In this document: piece by piece, positions 39,287 through 52,300 of the stretch
Layout of the letters: each line of letters begins with the position of its first letter
Position numbering within the stretch: the first letter of the stretch is position 1
IMG/VR virus record: IMGVR_UViG_3300021376_000042
Location: 6,790-70,789 of that record
Reading direction: 5' to 3' (one strand)
Length of the DNA stretch: 64,000 nt
DNA from: a virus
The notes under the pieces: model-generated
What the model was told of the DNA's origin: nothing
The model's input: the letters and a program-made list of their open reading frames with translations, nothing else
Database searches by the model: none
Position numbers and translations under genes: made by a program

Positions 39287-39514
39287 ATGAACGATCGTGC
39301 AAAAATTAAAGAAAAGCCAACTCTTATAAAAGATTTAAATAATTTTGCTATTTTAAATACTGATAAAGCTGTTGTGGCTCAACATAGATTAAAAATGGCT
39401 GAGCTGGAAAGAAAAAAGAAGATGGAAACAGAAATAAATAACTTAAAGTCAGAAGTTTCCGAAATAAAAAATATGCTCGGCGATGTTTTAAAAGCCGTGA
39501 GCCGCGAGAAGTAA
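39287..39514 (+). CDS. Small coiled-coil protein typically following VrlC-like genes
   Basis: AILNTD...EINNLKSEVSEIK.ML. Confidence 0.7.
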   Translation: MNDRAKIKEKPTLIKDLNNFAILNTDKAVVAQHRLKMAELERKKKMETEINNLKSEVSEIKNMLGDVLKAVSREK

Positions 39515-39517
39515 TAA

Positions 39518-40912
39518 ATGGCAAATTCAACAAATGTTGCAATAATTTCGACAGCAAATACATTTGATCAATGGCGCATTCGCGATAATTTACAAGCGAA
39601 TGACGTAAATGAAATTGCGCGCGGAAATTTTACAAAACCAACTGGTAATGTTATTATTACAGATGGTTTCTTGCTGCTAGATAAAGCAACTGGAACAACA
39701 TTAACTGTAGATGCGAATGCTCGAGTCAGTGGATTAATGTCTGTTGACTCAGTCGAAACTGATGATGATGGATATATTTTAGTTCAATCTGGTAATGTTG
39801 CAATGAGTAATCGCGCTTCTGGCGCATTATTTCAAGCAAACATTAATGTCAAGTTTGATTCAGCCAATGTTGTTTTCTCAAATTCAAATGTGCATTTTAC
39901 TAATAGCAGTCAAAATGCTATTTTAAATATCAAACCAAATACAATCTTTCAGACGAATGTCAATGTAGATGGTGTGTTGTATGTTGCAACATCAGCAAAT
40001 TTATTCATTGCAAATATTACCAATGTACATGCATCAAATATTCGTATAGACAGTGATCCGACTTATTATATTCAGAATGGTAATAGTGTATTCAATGATG
40101 TGCAGGTTAGAGGAAATCTAACTGTTCTTGGATCATCGGTTAACGACAGCGACACTCTAGTTTTACGACAAAACGTTGCTAGTGATGGCGATGGCATCTT
40201 CAGAATAAAGCGTGGATCTTCTGGTAAAGGTAATGCAGAACTTAAATTTATTGCAGCTTCTGAAGTTTGGCAAGCAACAGCGAATGCCAATGGATCCCCA
40301 ACACATGTAACAATATTAACCACGCAAAATGTTACAGATTCAGTTGTATCAACAAGTACAGTAAATGCAGCTGCTCCTAATTCTGTAAAAACAGCATATG
40401 ATCAAGCCACTAATGCACGAGACCAAGCAAACACTGCTCGCGATCAAGCGAATACAGCTCGCGATCAAGCCAACACGGCTCGTGATACTGCCAATGGCGC
40501 GTATGGACAAGCGAATGGAGCATACACGCAGGCTAATGGCGCTTATGCGCAAGCCAACGGAGCATATGGACAAGCCAATGGCGCTTATGCACACGCCAAC
40601 GTCGTATACGCGCAAGCAAATGCAGCATACGATCAAGCAAATGGTGCATATGGACAGGCTAATGGCGCTTATGCGCAAGCCAACGGTGCTTATGCACAAG
40701 CGAACAATGCTGCTAATACGGTTGCAACTTTTGCTAATGGCACGCTAGTTTTGGCTGCTAGCAATTTGAACTTTAATAACACAGCCAGCATTGATATTAC
40801 TATCACAGCGAATGGTGTAACTCAAACAAATGTTGAGTTTTCTTTGAATCCGACTTCGGCTGTTCCGCATTATCTAGTCAATTTCGCATTAGAAAATTTA
40901 GACATAACTTAA
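39518..40912 (+). CDS. Tail fibre-like protein with ANxAxxQ heptad stalk
   Basis: NTFDQWR...N N-terminus; [14 protein letters not shown] repeats. Confidence 0.7.
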   Translation: MANSTNVAIISTANTFDQWRIRDNLQANDVNEIARGNFTKPTGNVIITDGFLLLDKATGTTLTVDANARVSGLMSVDSVETDDDGYILVQSGNVAMSNRASGALFQANINVKFDSANVVFSNSNVHFTNSSQNAILNIKPNTIFQTNVNVDGVLYVATSANLFIANITNVHASNIRIDSDPTYYIQNGNSVFNDVQVRGNLTVLGSSVNDSDTLVLRQNVASDGDGIFRIKRGSSGKGNAELKFIAASEVWQATANANGSPTHVTILTTQNVTDSVVSTSTVNAAAPNSVKTAYDQATNARDQANTARDQANTARDQANTARDTANGAYGQANGAYTQANGAYAQANGAYGQANGAYAHANVVYAQANAAYDQANGAYGQANGAYAQANGAYAQANNAANTVATFANGTLVLAASNLNFNNTASIDITITANGVTQTNVEFSLNPTSAVPHYLVNFALENLDIT

Positions 40913-40930
40913 ACTGAAAACCATGCGATA

Positions 40931-40938
40931 TATAAATA
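40931..40938 (+). promoter_or_regulatory. T4-type late promoter
   Basis: TATAAATA in the intergenic gap. Confidence 0.75.
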
Positions 40939-40991
40939 AGAAGTATTTTGAATTTAATTTGTAATTATCAATCTCTAGAGGAATTTCTAAT

Positions 40992-41378
40992 ATGGCAACA
41001 GCAGCACAATATGCAGCAGTACCAAGAACAGCAATACAAGTATTAGGTTCTGCAAACGCAAACAGAAACGGAACTGGCGTTGTAAACATTGTATTCACGG
41101 CAAACGCTACCTCAGGCTCGCGTATTGACGATATCTTTGTAAATGCAACGGGAACAACCACTGCAGGCGTTATCAGACTTTATGTGTCTGATGGCACAAA
41201 TATTAATCTTTGGCAAGAAACTCTTGTTACTGCAACTACACCAAGCACCACAGTGCAAACTTTTAATTTCTCGTTAATTAACCAAGGTCTTATTCTTGCT
41301 CCAGGATGGTCTTTGCGCGCTAGTACAAATGCCGCAGAAACATTCCATGTTGTTGTAACTCGTGCAGGAGATTTCTAA
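40992..41378 (+). CDS. Small beta-rich virion protein
   Basis: GAGGA SD; lies in the fibre cluster. Confidence 0.7.
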   Translation: MATAAQYAAVPRTAIQVLGSANANRNGTGVVNIVFTANATSGSRIDDIFVNATGTTTAGVIRLYVSDGTNINLWQETLVTATTPSTTVQTFNFSLINQGLILAPGWSLRASTNAAETFHVVVTRAGDF

Positions 41379-42688
41379 TGAATAACGGTGGTTTTCTAGG
41401 ATTTGGAAAAGGTGCGCCAAATCTCGCTACTCCAATTGCACGATACATTCAGTCACCTGTTTATTATTCGTCCATAACAATTAAAGCTCCACCAGGCACA
41501 AAACAAATTCATGCTTGGCTAGTTGGTGGTGGTGGTGGTACTGGATCAAATCATAAAACAGCCACTCAGATGCCTCAGTATCATCAAGATCATCAAGAAG
41601 GTTTTTCAACACCAGGTGGTGGTGGATTTGGTGGTGCAGCATGTTTTGATCTTCCAGTTACAACTGATCCGATCGTAGTAACTATAGGTGCTGGTGGTGC
41701 TGGTGCTGTAGGTGGCACTTCATCTATTACAATTGGTGGTATGGTTTATGCACAAATAGGTGGTGGTGCACCTGGTAATCACGGTGATAGGGGTTATTTC
41801 GGTGGTGGTGGAGGTGGTGGTATTTTTCAAGGGAGTAATACCCATAGAGCAGAATATCAGCAGACGTCAGGAAGCACACATTTCGGTTATGGTACCGCTG
41901 GCGGCGAACCACCATACAGTAACAGAGGTGGTCCTCGAGTACTTTCTTGGTTGTATCCAGAAGGTCAGCGCGATCCAGGCACGAGTCCGTCGCACGTCCC
42001 TGGGATGCCTTTCTTTTTAAGTGGTGGTGCACATTTGCAAGGCGGAACTCAAGCGAATCCGTCTCACGCACCAGGACATCATCAATCAGCGATTACCCAT
42101 ATAGGGATTCCATTATTGCCTGTCCCAATAGGTTCGGCTGTCAAAGCATTAGATAATCGAAGTCAACAGCAAGCATCTCCGAATGAACATACATCTAATT
42201 CTACCGCAGCAGGCAGAAATGGATGGTTTGGTGCTGGTGGCTTTGGTGCCAGCGCAGGTACACAAGCAACTCCATTAGGATATGGCGCAGGTGGTGGCGC
42301 TGGTAGTCACTCGACAGGTGGAGCAGGCAATCATGGTGGCGGTGGTGGCGGTCCAGGTAATAATTACAATCACGCTACCTTTAATCCTTTTGGCGGAGTT
42401 GGTGCAGGTGGATCTTTCCCATCTACTCCTCATCTTTGGGGATTAAGAACTGGTCAAGCAAGTGGTTCTGGTGGTGCTGGATTGTTTACTAATAGCACTA
42501 CTCAAAACGGCGGCGCGGGTGGTGGTGGTGCAGGAGGTCAAAATCAAACTCAAGGATCTCAGCAACAACACAGTAATACAGATCACTGGGCTGGGCAAGC
42601 ACAACAACATAGTCATACTGGTGGCGGCATCACTCAGGGTACGCCAACTGGTGGCGGTGGCTGCGCCGTGTTCCGTTTTTACATCTAA
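41378..42688 (+). CDS. Glycine-rich protein (polyglycine-II sandwich/adhesin-like)
   Basis: VGGGGG, GGGGFGG, V.IGAGGAG..GG.SSI, many GxGGG motifs, C-terminal GGGG..VFRFY. Confidence 0.65.
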   Translation: MNNGGFLGFGKGAPNLATPIARYIQSPVYYSSITIKAPPGTKQIHAWLVGGGGGTGSNHKTATQMPQYHQDHQEGFSTPGGGGFGGAACFDLPVTTDPIVVTIGAGGAGAVGGTSSITIGGMVYAQIGGGAPGNHGDRGYFGGGGGGGIFQGSNTHRAEYQQTSGSTHFGYGTAGGEPPYSNRGGPRVLSWLYPEGQRDPGTSPSHVPGMPFFLSGGAHLQGGTQANPSHAPGHHQSAITHIGIPLLPVPIGSAVKALDNRSQQQASPNEHTSNSTAAGRNGWFGAGGFGASAGTQATPLGYGAGGGAGSHSTGGAGNHGGGGGGPGNNYNHATFNPFGGVGAGGSFPSTPHLWGLRTGQASGSGGAGLFTNSTTQNGGAGGGGAGGQNQTQGSQQQHSNTDHWAGQAQQHSHTGGGITQGTPTGGGGCAVFRFYI

Positions 42689-42714
42689 TTTCGATTTTAA
42701 TCCAGGTAAATAAA

Positions 42715-43509
42715 ATGTCTAAAAGATTTGCGATTATAGAAGAAAATTTGGTTGTAAATGTTGTTTTGGCTGATGATGATTCACTCGCTAAAGAAAATGA
42801 AACTTGGGTAGACATCACAGAATATATTTCTCACATACCAGCAATAGGATGGTCTTATACTAATAATAAGTTTTGCAAATCTCCTTCAGCTCTAGCTCTT
42901 AGAGAAGATAGTGTGACTTACAAAATTAAAACAAGTCCTCTTTTAGAAAATCAAACTCTTTCTTTTGGGGATTGGATTTATCAAGGAAATAGTTATGACA
43001 AATTCGTATTTTCTGGATTTGTAAAATCATATGATGCAAATACAAGGTTTTTACTTTATTATGATAAAGAGGGGTCCATAAATCCGAATGTTGCAATCTC
43101 AACCGTTAATTTTGATTTTACGTTGGAGACATTTCTAGCACGTCCTGGAATAAATCCATATTCCTTTAATTCGCCCGCACAACTTGCAGGTGTGGTGGCA
43201 AATACAAATCAAGTTCTTACTTTTGAAAAACCATGGTACCCAGCACCCATAAAAATACCAGCGATCATTACAAAATTAGGATTTCGTATGAGAATGACTA
43301 ATTTGGAATATGCTGGCATACTAGAATCAGCAAAAACTGACTCTTTAGTTCAAGCATGGGTAGAAACTTTTAATATGATGACTATTTTAGATTTAGAAAA
43401 CACTAATGTCAAAAGCGATATGGAGATGTTGGTTGAAAAGGGATTAATTACTCCAGATAGATCACTAGTGATCTTAAATAAACAAATCCAACCAAACGAA
43501 ATGCCATAA
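42715..43509 (+). CDS. Hypothetical fibre-associated protein (assembly chaperone-like N-terminus)
   Basis: FAIIE...VVNV.......IGWSY..F; ITKL.FR.R.T..E C-terminal segment. Confidence 0.55.
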   Translation: MSKRFAIIEENLVVNVVLADDDSLAKENETWVDITEYISHIPAIGWSYTNNKFCKSPSALALREDSVTYKIKTSPLLENQTLSFGDWIYQGNSYDKFVFSGFVKSYDANTRFLLYYDKEGSINPNVAISTVNFDFTLETFLARPGINPYSFNSPAQLAGVVANTNQVLTFEKPWYPAPIKIPAIITKLGFRMRMTNLEYAGILESAKTDSLVQAWVETFNMMTILDLENTNVKSDMEMLVEKGLITPDRSLVILNKQIQPNEMP

Positions 43510-43544
43510 TTTATCATAAGTAAAAACACCAAGTATTGCTTATG

Positions 43545-43552
43545 ACTAAATA
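43545..43552 (+). promoter_or_regulatory. Late promoter variant (ACTAAATA)
   Basis: Intergenic CTAAATA; the same variant occurs at 57548 and 61549. Confidence 0.55.
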
Positions 43553-43581
43553 TTCAAAACGCTGTGTTTTGAGGAATTTAA

Positions 43582-43917
43582 ATGGCGAATCAAGTAGAAT
43601 TGTATTGCGATCAAGGCACAGATTTTTCGTATGCAATAGATTTAAGCAACGATGATAACTCGCCTATCAACGTTGCACTTTACACATTTTCTTCTTCAAT
43701 TCGAAAGTCCTTTTATTCTTCTGGTGTAACTGCCAATTTAACTATTACAGTTTTAGATTCTGCGAATGGTAATGTACAAATTTCTATGAATGCTGCCACA
43801 ACGGCTAATATAAAAGCTGGCAGATATCTCTATGACGTGAAAATGAAAACTAATAACAATGTTACGTCTAGAGTTATAGAGGGTATTATTACAGTTTATC
43901 CGCAGATTACTAAATGA
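43582..43917 (+). CDS. Small virion structural protein
   Basis: DQGTDF, IRKS, G.Y.YDV, RVIEG...V.P..T. Confidence 0.75.
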   Translation: MANQVELYCDQGTDFSYAIDLSNDDNSPINVALYTFSSSIRKSFYSSGVTANLTITVLDSANGNVQISMNAATTANIKAGRYLYDVKMKTNNNVTSRVIEGIITVYPQITK

Positions 43918-46900
43918 AGATAACAGTTGGATCAACAAGTAATCTAGTATTTCAACCAGCAACTGATCGCGGCAAATCAGCCAAGATAACAATCAGCAGT
44001 GGTGGCGGTGGTGATGCTGGATCAGCTTACGGTCAAGCCAATGCCGCCAGAGGACAAGCAAACAGTGCTTATTCTCAAGCAAATGGCGCCTATAATGTAG
44101 CCAATGCTGCTTATAATGCAGCAAATAATGCGCAAGTAACAGTATACGCAAACAGTGCATCTGGCGTTACAACACAAAATATTAATTTTGTTAATACTTC
44201 AACGATAACAGTTGAAGTTTCTTCTAGCGGATCTAATGCCAACGTAGCATTTACTGCAGTTAGTGGCGCTGCTTATGATCAAGCAAACGCCGCGAGAGGA
44301 CAGGCAAATAGCGCTCGCACAACTGCTAATGGTGCATACAATCAAGCCAATGGAGCCTATGCTCAGGCTAATGACGCTTACGCACAAGCAAACAATGCAT
44401 ATGATGCTGCAAATAATCGTGTATTGAGAGCTGGCGATACAATGACTGGCAATCTGACCATGTCAGGCGCCACAATCAATGCTGCCACTGCAAATATTAG
44501 CACCATTGTCACTGGAAATACACTACTATTATCAACAGGTATTGGATCTAATAGTGATGTAACGATAAATGCGAATGGTAATTATACTTGGACGTTTAGA
44601 GCCAATGGGTTGTTAGACTTGCCAGGTAATATCACGAATTTCACAGCATGCAGTGCAATTAATTTTGTTGCGGACAGTTCTGGTGATGGTTATGAATATT
44701 CAACAATTGAAATTCGACCAGACAGCGGTGCAACATTAGATCAATATCTAATTATTGATCCGACTGCACCAAATCATATTCACATTCGTGCTGGTGGGCA
44801 ACAAGATAATTCAAATGCTGAATTATATATTGGTGGCGAGAATAGTTATTTTAAAGTTGATGATGGCGAAAATCCATCAATATCGATTGCTTCGAATAAT
44901 TATTTTTGGACATTTGATACTGATGGAAAATTAACTATACCTGGCGACATTATTCCAAGTCAAAATTTAACATGGAATCTTGGTTCACCAACAAATAAAT
45001 TTAACGATTTGTATATTGGTGGTAACACAGTATATATTGGCGAGGCGATACTTTCTACAAATGGCGACACTGTTACAACCAACACTTTCATTGCAGAACT
45101 AGCCTTTGAAAGTGGTGGATTAAATGTTCTAACTCAAGCAAATACTGCTCGCGATCAAGCCAACAACGCTTATGGCGTTTCAAATGCCGCTTATGGACAA
45201 GCAAATGCAGCATATGCTGAAGCAAATACGAAACTTCCATTAGTTGGTGGTACAATTTCAGGTGACTTGATTGTTTCTGGCAATCTTGTAGTATCTGGAA
45301 ATAGTACAACACTCAACACTGAAATTCTCATTGTTGAAGACGCAGACATTGTTCTTCTATCAAATGTAACATCAACACCTGCATTGAATGCTGGCTTGAT
45401 AATTAATCGCGGCACTTCTCCAAATACATTCTTAAGATGGGCTGAAGATGTTGATAAATGGGGTTGGTCGGATGATGGCTCAACCTTCTACTCATTTGAT
45501 ACTTCTCTTAACGCATATGCTCAAGCCAACAATGCCAGAGATCAAGCGAATACTGCTAGAACACAGGCTAACACTGCATACGGACAAGCGAACGATGCTT
45601 ATGGACAGGCTAATACAGCGCGCAATCAAGCAAATACTGCCTATGGACAAGCCAACGCAGCGTATGGGCAAGCCAACGCAGCGTATGGGCAAGCCAACGC
45701 AGCGTATGGGCAAGCAAATAGTGCTCGCGATCAAGCCAACACTGCAAGAACAACTGCCAATGATGCATATAATACAGCAAATACGAAGGTAAGTAAATCT
45801 GGCGATACAATGACTGGTGATCTAACGATCAATACAGTACTGTATGCAAATCAAGCCAATATCACAACAACATTGAATGTTGGTACATCAATTGTCATAG
45901 GAACAGGTGGAGCTGCTGGTGATATCACTGGCGCGAATGCTATTTTCGCAGAATCATTCTTCACAAATGATGGAATCAATCTAGCAACTTCAGCAGCAAC
46001 CAGCACAGCTGCATACGTTCAAGCAAATAATGCGCGCGATCAAGCAAACACTGCTCGTGGCACTGCCAATGATGCTTATGGACAGGCTAACACTGCTAGA
46101 GATCAAGCGAATACTGCTAGAACTACTGCAAATGATTCGTATGCTCAAGCAAACACCGCTAGAGATCAAGCGAATACATCACGTGATCAAGCGAATACTG
46201 CTCGCGACCAAGCCAACACTGCTCGCGACCAAGCCAACACTGCTAGAGATCAAGCGAATACTGCAAGAACACAAGCGAATACAGCGCGGAATCAAGCAAA
46301 TACTGCATATGAAAGTGCTAATACTAAATCAGAATCGCCAGCCGTAACTTATTATGTTCAAGCATATGCACCAAATCCTGGCGGCAGTTCAACTTATTAT
46401 TTTAGATTTCGTTATCCTAACGGAACAGGCGACAATACTATTAGTGGAGATTTGTTGTATGGCTATAATGATGAGACTGGTGTTGGTGAAGACGAAGATA
46501 GTCCAACAATTGTCTTGCATCCTGGCACAACAGTTAAATTTGTTTTAAGTGATTTGAATCCAGACACTGGCGCTGGATTACAAGTTTTTGCTGTTCAAAC
46601 ATTTATAGCTGGAGTATATTCTCATGTAACATCAGGAATATATCATATAGCCACAAATGGTAACATAACAACAGGTAAAGGTTTCGCTGATTCTGGTACT
46701 ATTGTTTGGACAATTCCACAAAATGTGCCTGGCACAACACAATATATCTATCGAAGTCCATCCAATAATGATGGTGTTCAAGGACAATTCCGAATAGCAA
46801 CATATGCTGCTCCTGCATCTTTACAAGCCAATACTGCTCGCGATCAAGCGAACACAGCAAGAACTCAAGCAAACACTGCTCGCGATACTAGTAACAATTC

Positions 46901-49352
46901 ATATGTGCAAGCAAACAGCGCTTATGATCAGGCGAATACTGCTCGCAATACTGCAAACAATGCCTATGTTCAAGCGAATGGTGCGTATGCACAAGCAAAT
47001 AATGCAGCAAATACTGCAAGAGTTTCAGCGAACAGTGGATCAACACTAGACGCAAAACATCTTAATTTCATTAATTCAGCAAGTGTGTTTGTTTCTGTTA
47101 CTCCTTCTGGAGACGGAACTAATGCGAATATTTCATTTATAACTTCTGGTGCGTCAATTGGCGATGCTTATGTTCAAGCCAACGCAGCAAGAGATCAGGC
47201 GAACACTGCACGTGAACAAGCGAATACAGCAAGAACGCAAGCCAATACTGCTCGCGACACTGGCAATAATGCATATGCTCAAGCGAATTCTGATTATATG
47301 TCAGCTGAAGCATATAGTATTACTGTTACTGAACCAAACCCCGTAGGATTTGTATTCAGAACATTTGAAGATGGCGGCTCCAGTGGTGCCGTATACACTG
47401 CCTGGGATAGTCCCGCGACGCAAGCAAATCCAAGTCTATGGCTTCGACCTGGCAGCACTATTGCATTTAGATTAGTTGATTTGGTATCTCCATTAAACGG
47501 ACCTCAAGGTTTTGCACTTTATTCTGATTCTTATACCAGCCTAGTATCTTCTGGATTAACTCATGTCGCGCTTGACGGTACACTAAGTGTTGGTACAAGT
47601 GCACAAAACAAACAAACTGGCACGTTATACTGGACAATACCATCATCAGCTGCTGGTTCAACTTATTATTATGGATCCAATCAGGGGAACGGAAACCTTT
47701 ATCGTGGACAATTCTATGTAGATTATTATGCTGCTAGTGTACGAAATCTAGCAATGGATGCATTTAATCAAGCAAACACTGCTCGCGACCAAGCGAACAC
47801 TGCAAGAACACAAGCAAATAATTCGTACCTTCAAGCAAATACCGCTCGAGATCAAGCGAACACTGCCAGAGATCAAGCGAATACTGCTCGTGGTCAAGCA
47901 AATAACGCTTACGCCGAAGCCAATCTTAAATTAAATCTAACTGGCGGTACGATAAATGGATCGTTAAATATTTCTGGTAACTTATTTGTTACTGGCAATA
48001 CGACATTTATTAATACATCAACGTATACAGTTGATGATCCACTAATTTATCTAGCTGCAAATAATATACTCACTGATATTGTTGATATTGGATTTGTCGG
48101 CGCTAAAAACTCAGGCTCATCAGTAACGCATACTGGTTTCGCGCGCGATGCTGGTGACGGAATATGGTATTTGTTTGATAACCTAGCAAATTCTGGTCAT
48201 GAGAATAATGTGATCGACTTTGCGAATACTTCACTCGCAACTCTTCGAGCAAATATTGATGCAAATAGTATCACTCTTGTGAGTAATACTGTTGCTACAC
48301 ATGCTAATTTAATTTTTGCATTTAATCAAGCAAACACTGCGCGTGATACAGCAAATAATTCTTATGCTCAAGCAAATGTAGCACGCGATACTGCGAATGG
48401 TGCCTATGTGCAAGCAAATGGTGCTTATGCTCAGGCAAATGGTGCGTACAATCAGGCGAATGGTGCTTATGCTCAGGCGAATGGTGCTTATGCTCAGGCG
48501 AATGGTGCTTATAATCAGGCGAATGGTGCTTATGCTCAGGCGAATGGTGCATATAATCAAGCCAATAATTCTGCGAACACGGTTCGTGTTTATGCAAACA
48601 GCGCTGGTGAACTTTCAAATAAATTCCTAAACTTCATCAATACTGCAAGTATTCAAGTCGATGTCAGTAGCGTTGATGGAAATGCAAATATAGCCTTTAA
48701 TACGACTGGTGCTGCAGTTGCTGACGCTTATGCTCAAGCAAACATAGCACGCAATACCTCTAATAGTGCATATGCTCAAGCAAATAACGCATATAATGCA
48801 GCTAATAATGCAACGGTAAGAGTCTCAGCCAATTCAGGATCCATAACTGTAACACCTAATATCAATTTCATCAATACATCAACTGTTTCCGTTTCTGTTG
48901 TATCTGGCGATAATGGTAATGCAAATGTTTCGTTAATATCTTCTGGATCGCAACAGTTTACATATGATACAACAACTACCTCTGCCGAAACAGTTGACAG
49001 TTGGTCAGCTTCGACTTATAGAAGTGGTAGATATCAAATGCAAGTGGAAAACCTATTTGGGTTTTTGGCACTTGAAATTATGCTGTTACATGATGGGGCA
49101 ACGACAAATTTGGTCAAATATGCTGAAACAACTATTGGTAGTGGTGTTGGTACATTCTCTTCAGATATTAGCAGTGGATTGGTCAGACTTCGATTTACAC
49201 CGAATGATCCAACTTCACAATTAACTTACTATAAATCATTGTTAACCAGTAGAATATCATCAGACGCGTTGCCAATCGATTTAATGACTGGATCAATAGT
49301 ATTTGATTTAATGAACAGCTTCTCACTATCCCCATCAGACTTAAATGCATAA
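43914..49352 (+). CDS. Long tail fibre-like protein with heptad stalks and globular inserts
   Basis: 1812 aa; repeated [14 protein letters not shown] blocks, GDTMTG.L motifs, two cupredoxin-like inserts. Confidence 0.75.
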   Translation: MKITVGSTSNLVFQPATDRGKSAKITISSGGGGDAGSAYGQANAARGQANSAYSQANGAYNVANAAYNAANNAQVTVYANSASGVTTQNINFVNTSTITVEVSSSGSNANVAFTAVSGAAYDQANAARGQANSARTTANGAYNQANGAYAQANDAYAQANNAYDAANNRVLRAGDTMTGNLTMSGATINAATANISTIVTGNTLLLSTGIGSNSDVTINANGNYTWTFRANGLLDLPGNITNFTACSAINFVADSSGDGYEYSTIEIRPDSGATLDQYLIIDPTAPNHIHIRAGGQQDNSNAELYIGGENSYFKVDDGENPSISIASNNYFWTFDTDGKLTIPGDIIPSQNLTWNLGSPTNKFNDLYIGGNTVYIGEAILSTNGDTVTTNTFIAELAFESGGLNVLTQANTARDQANNAYGVSNAAYGQANAAYAEANTKLPLVGGTISGDLIVSGNLVVSGNSTTLNTEILIVEDADIVLLSNVTSTPALNAGLIINRGTSPNTFLRWAEDVDKWGWSDDGSTFYSFDTSLNAYAQANNARDQANTARTQANTAYGQANDAYGQANTARNQANTAYGQANAAYGQANAAYGQANAAYGQANSARDQANTARTTANDAYNTANTKVSKSGDTMTGDLTINTVLYANQANITTTLNVGTSIVIGTGGAAGDITGANAIFAESFFTNDGINLATSAATSTAAYVQANNARDQANTARGTANDAYGQANTARDQANTARTTANDSYAQANTARDQANTSRDQANTARDQANTARDQANTARDQANTARTQANTARNQANTAYESANTKSESPAVTYYVQAYAPNPGGSSTYYFRFRYPNGTGDNTISGDLLYGYNDETGVGEDEDSPTIVLHPGTTVKFVLSDLNPDTGAGLQVFAVQTFIAGVYSHVTSGIYHIATNGNITTGKGFADSGTIVWTIPQNVPGTTQYIYRSPSNNDGVQGQFRIATYAAPASLQANTARDQANTARTQANTARDTSNNSYVQANSAYDQANTARNTANNAYVQANGAYAQANNAANTARVSANSGSTLDAKHLNFINSASVFVSVTPSGDGTNANISFITSGASIGDAYVQANAARDQANTAREQANTARTQANTARDTGNNAYAQANSDYMSAEAYSITVTEPNPVGFVFRTFEDGGSSGAVYTAWDSPATQANPSLWLRPGSTIAFRLVDLVSPLNGPQGFALYSDSYTSLVSSGLTHVALDGTLSVGTSAQNKQTGTLYWTIPSSAAGSTYYYGSNQGNGNLYRGQFYVDYYAASVRNLAMDAFNQANTARDQANTARTQANNSYLQANTARDQANTARDQANTARGQANNAYAEANLKLNLTGGTINGSLNISGNLFVTGNTTFINTSTYTVDDPLIYLAANNILTDIVDIGFVGAKNSGSSVTHTGFARDAGDGIWYLFDNLANSGHENNVIDFANTSLATLRANIDANSITLVSNTVATHANLIFAFNQANTARDTANNSYAQANVARDTANGAYVQANGAYAQANGAYNQANGAYAQANGAYAQANGAYNQANGAYAQANGAYNQANNSANTVRVYANSAGELSNKFLNFINTASIQVDVSSVDGNANIAFNTTGAAVADAYAQANIARNTSNSAYAQANNAYNAANNATVRVSANSGSITVTPNINFINTSTVSVSVVSGDNGNANVSLISSGSQQFTYDTTTTSAETVDSWSASTYRSGRYQMQVENLFGFLALEIMLLHDGATTNLVKYAETTIGSGVGTFSSDISSGLVRLRFTPNDPTSQLTYYKSLLTSRISSDALPIDLMTGSIVFDLMNSFSLSPSDLNA
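45648..45710 (+). repeat. Exact 21-bp tandem repeat x3 within the heptad stalk
   Basis: CAAGCCAACGCAGCGTATGGG x3. Confidence 0.9.
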
Positions 49353-49360
49353 TTGAAAAT

Positions 49361-49368
49361 AATAAATA
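49361..49368 (+). promoter_or_regulatory. Late promoter variant (AATAAATA)
   Basis: Intergenic, upstream of the 49394 fibre. Confidence 0.55.
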
Positions 49369-49393
49369 AAGGTACTTCATAGAGAGATCTTAA

Positions 49394-52300
49394 ATGGCAA
49401 CAACATTACAATTCCGAAGATACGATACGGCAAATATCGCTAATTTAACTGGTGCGGTTGGCGAAATCTTTATTGACATGGATAAAGATACCGTCGTTGT
49501 ACAAGATGGATCTACGGCAGGCGGCTTTCCGTTAGCCAGAGAAGGTGCTTACATACAAGCGAATAATGCACGAGATCAAGCCAATACAGCTCGTGATCAA
49601 GCAAATACATCACGCGATCAAGCAAATACTGCTCGCAACCAAGCCAACAATGCTTATGCAGAAGCCAATCTAAAAGTTAATTTAACTGGTGGAACAATCA
49701 GTGGTAATTTAGTAATCACTGGCAATTTAGAAGTTCTCGGAAATAGTACAACTCTTAATGTTGAAACATTATCAGTTGAAGACAATGAAATTATTCTTAA
49801 TTCAAACGTAACTGGTTCTCCAACTTTAAATGCCTATATTTCTATCAATCGTGGAACAGATCCAAATGCAAATCTAGTTTGGGATGAAGACACAAATCAA
49901 TGGAAATGGAATGATGGTGATGGAGTATTTTATGCGCTAGACTCATCACTAGATGCATATGCTCAAGCAAACACTGCTAGAGATACAGCTAACGGTGCTT
50001 ATGCGCAAGCCAACGGTGCTTATGGTCAAGCGAACGGTGCATATTCTCAAGCCAACGGAGCCTATGCTCAGGCTAATGGCGCATATGCTCAAGCAAATAG
50101 TGCAAGAGATGTAGCCAACGGAGCATACGCCCAAGCCAATGGTGCATATAGTCAAGCCAATACTTCTGCAAACACGGCTCGTGTTTATGCAAACAGTGCT
50201 GGTGAGTTGTCGAATAAGTTCCTAAACTTCGTAAATACAGCAAGTATTCAAGTCAGTGTTTTCGATAATGCTGATGGTAATGCAAATATCTCCTTTAGTA
50301 CGACTGGCGCTGCTGTTGCTGATGCTTATGCACAAGCCAACGCTGGTTATGCTCAAGCAAACACTGCTAGAGATACAGCTAACGGTGCTTATGCGCAAGC
50401 CAACGGTGCTTATGCACAGGCTAACGGTGCTTACACCCAAGCCAATGGAGCCTATGCTCAAGCAAATGGTGCTTATGCCCAGGCAAATGGAGCCTATGCT
50501 CAGGCAAACTTAAAAGTTTCTCTTGCTGGTGATACGATGACAGGCAACTTAAATGTTGCTGCTAGTTTGATAACTCAAAATATTGAGCCTAATTTAAATG
50601 TCACATATGATATTGGTACTCCAACTAAACGATTTAAAGATCTGTATCTAAGTAACAGCACAATTTATCTTGGTGAAACAGCACTATCTGCTTCTGGCGA
50701 TGAGGTGCGCGCCAATGTATTCAATGCTGCTGTGTCAGTATTAGTAAGTGGTGTCAATGTTCTTGATACTGCCAACGGTGCATACGCTCAGGCAAATGGT
50801 GCTTATGGACAAGCAAATGGCGCATACGGACAGGCTAATGGAGCGTACTCCCAAGCCAACGGAGCATATGCTCAAGCCAATAGTGCCAGAGATGTTGCTA
50901 ATGGAGCCTATGCTCAAGCCAATGGTGCTTATGGACAAGCCAATGGAGCCTACGCTCAAGCAAATGGTGCCTATGCGCAGGCTAATGGTGCTTATGCTCA
51001 TGCTAATGTTGTATATGCACAAGCAAATGCAGCGTATGACACTGCTAATCTTAAACTGAGCGCCAGCGGCGGATCTATAAATGGTGATTTGACAATCACA
51101 GGAAATTTATTTGTAACAGGATCTAACACATTACTTAATGTCAGTAATTTGTCTGTAAATGATTCTATCATTTTCTTAGCAAATGGACAGGTTGGTGATG
51201 CGTTTGATATAGGATTCGTTGGTCACTTTGATCGCGGCGCAACACCAACTCACGCTGGTTTGATTCGTAAATCAACAGACAATCAATTTTATCTTTTCGA
51301 TAATTATGAAGTAGAACCTACAAATAATATTATCGACATCAATGGAAATAATTTTAGAACTGGTAACTTAAAACTTAACACAATAAATGCTGTTACGTTT
51401 GTCACCAATGCAGGATTAAATGTCACTGATCAAGCCAACTCCGCCAGAGATCAAGCAAACACCGCTAGAGGACAAGCAAACAATGCATATGCTGAAGCCA
51501 ACCTCAAGGTAAATCTTTCTGGCGATACGATGACTGGTACATTGAATGTGCAGCATCTTATTCCGACTGCAAATGTTACATATGATCTTGGAACGTCTAC
51601 AAAACGATTTAAAGATTTGTATCTCAGTGGGTCGACAATTTATATCGGTGAAACAATATTGTCTACCTCTGGCGATGAGATGCGCGCAAATACATTCAAT
51701 GCCGCTGTTTCATTCTTAAGTGCAGGTTTAAATGTTCTTGATCAAGCCAACTCTGCTCGCGATACAGCAAATGGTGCTTATGCACAAGCCAACGGAGCCT
51801 ATGCGCAAGCGAATGGTGCTTATGCTCATGCGAACATTGTTTATGCTCAAGCAAATGCTGCATATGCTCAAGCGAATGCAGATTATCAACCAGCCGTCAC
51901 TCGCCTTGATGTAACAAACAATGGCGCGACAGCATATCGTTTTGATCAATATGGCGCAGCAACTGATGATCCAACACTCTATGTTCGTGCTGGTGAAACT
52001 ATTGCATTTAATCTAAACAATGCTGGTCACCCATTTGCGATTCGTGTCTCAAACGGTGGTTCGAACTACGACACTGGATTGACGCACGTTGCAACTGATG
52101 GCACAGTAAGCACTGGTTCCTCTGCTCAAGGTAAGGTTTCTGGAACACTTTACTGGAAAGTTCCATATACACTTGGCGGAAGCACTTATGTTTACCAGTG
52201 CACTGTGCATAGTGGTATGGTCGGCAACATTGTGATTGAGCCAGATTCAACAGTAATCTACGTTCAAGCCAATGCTGCATATGCTCAAGCCAACGGCGCA

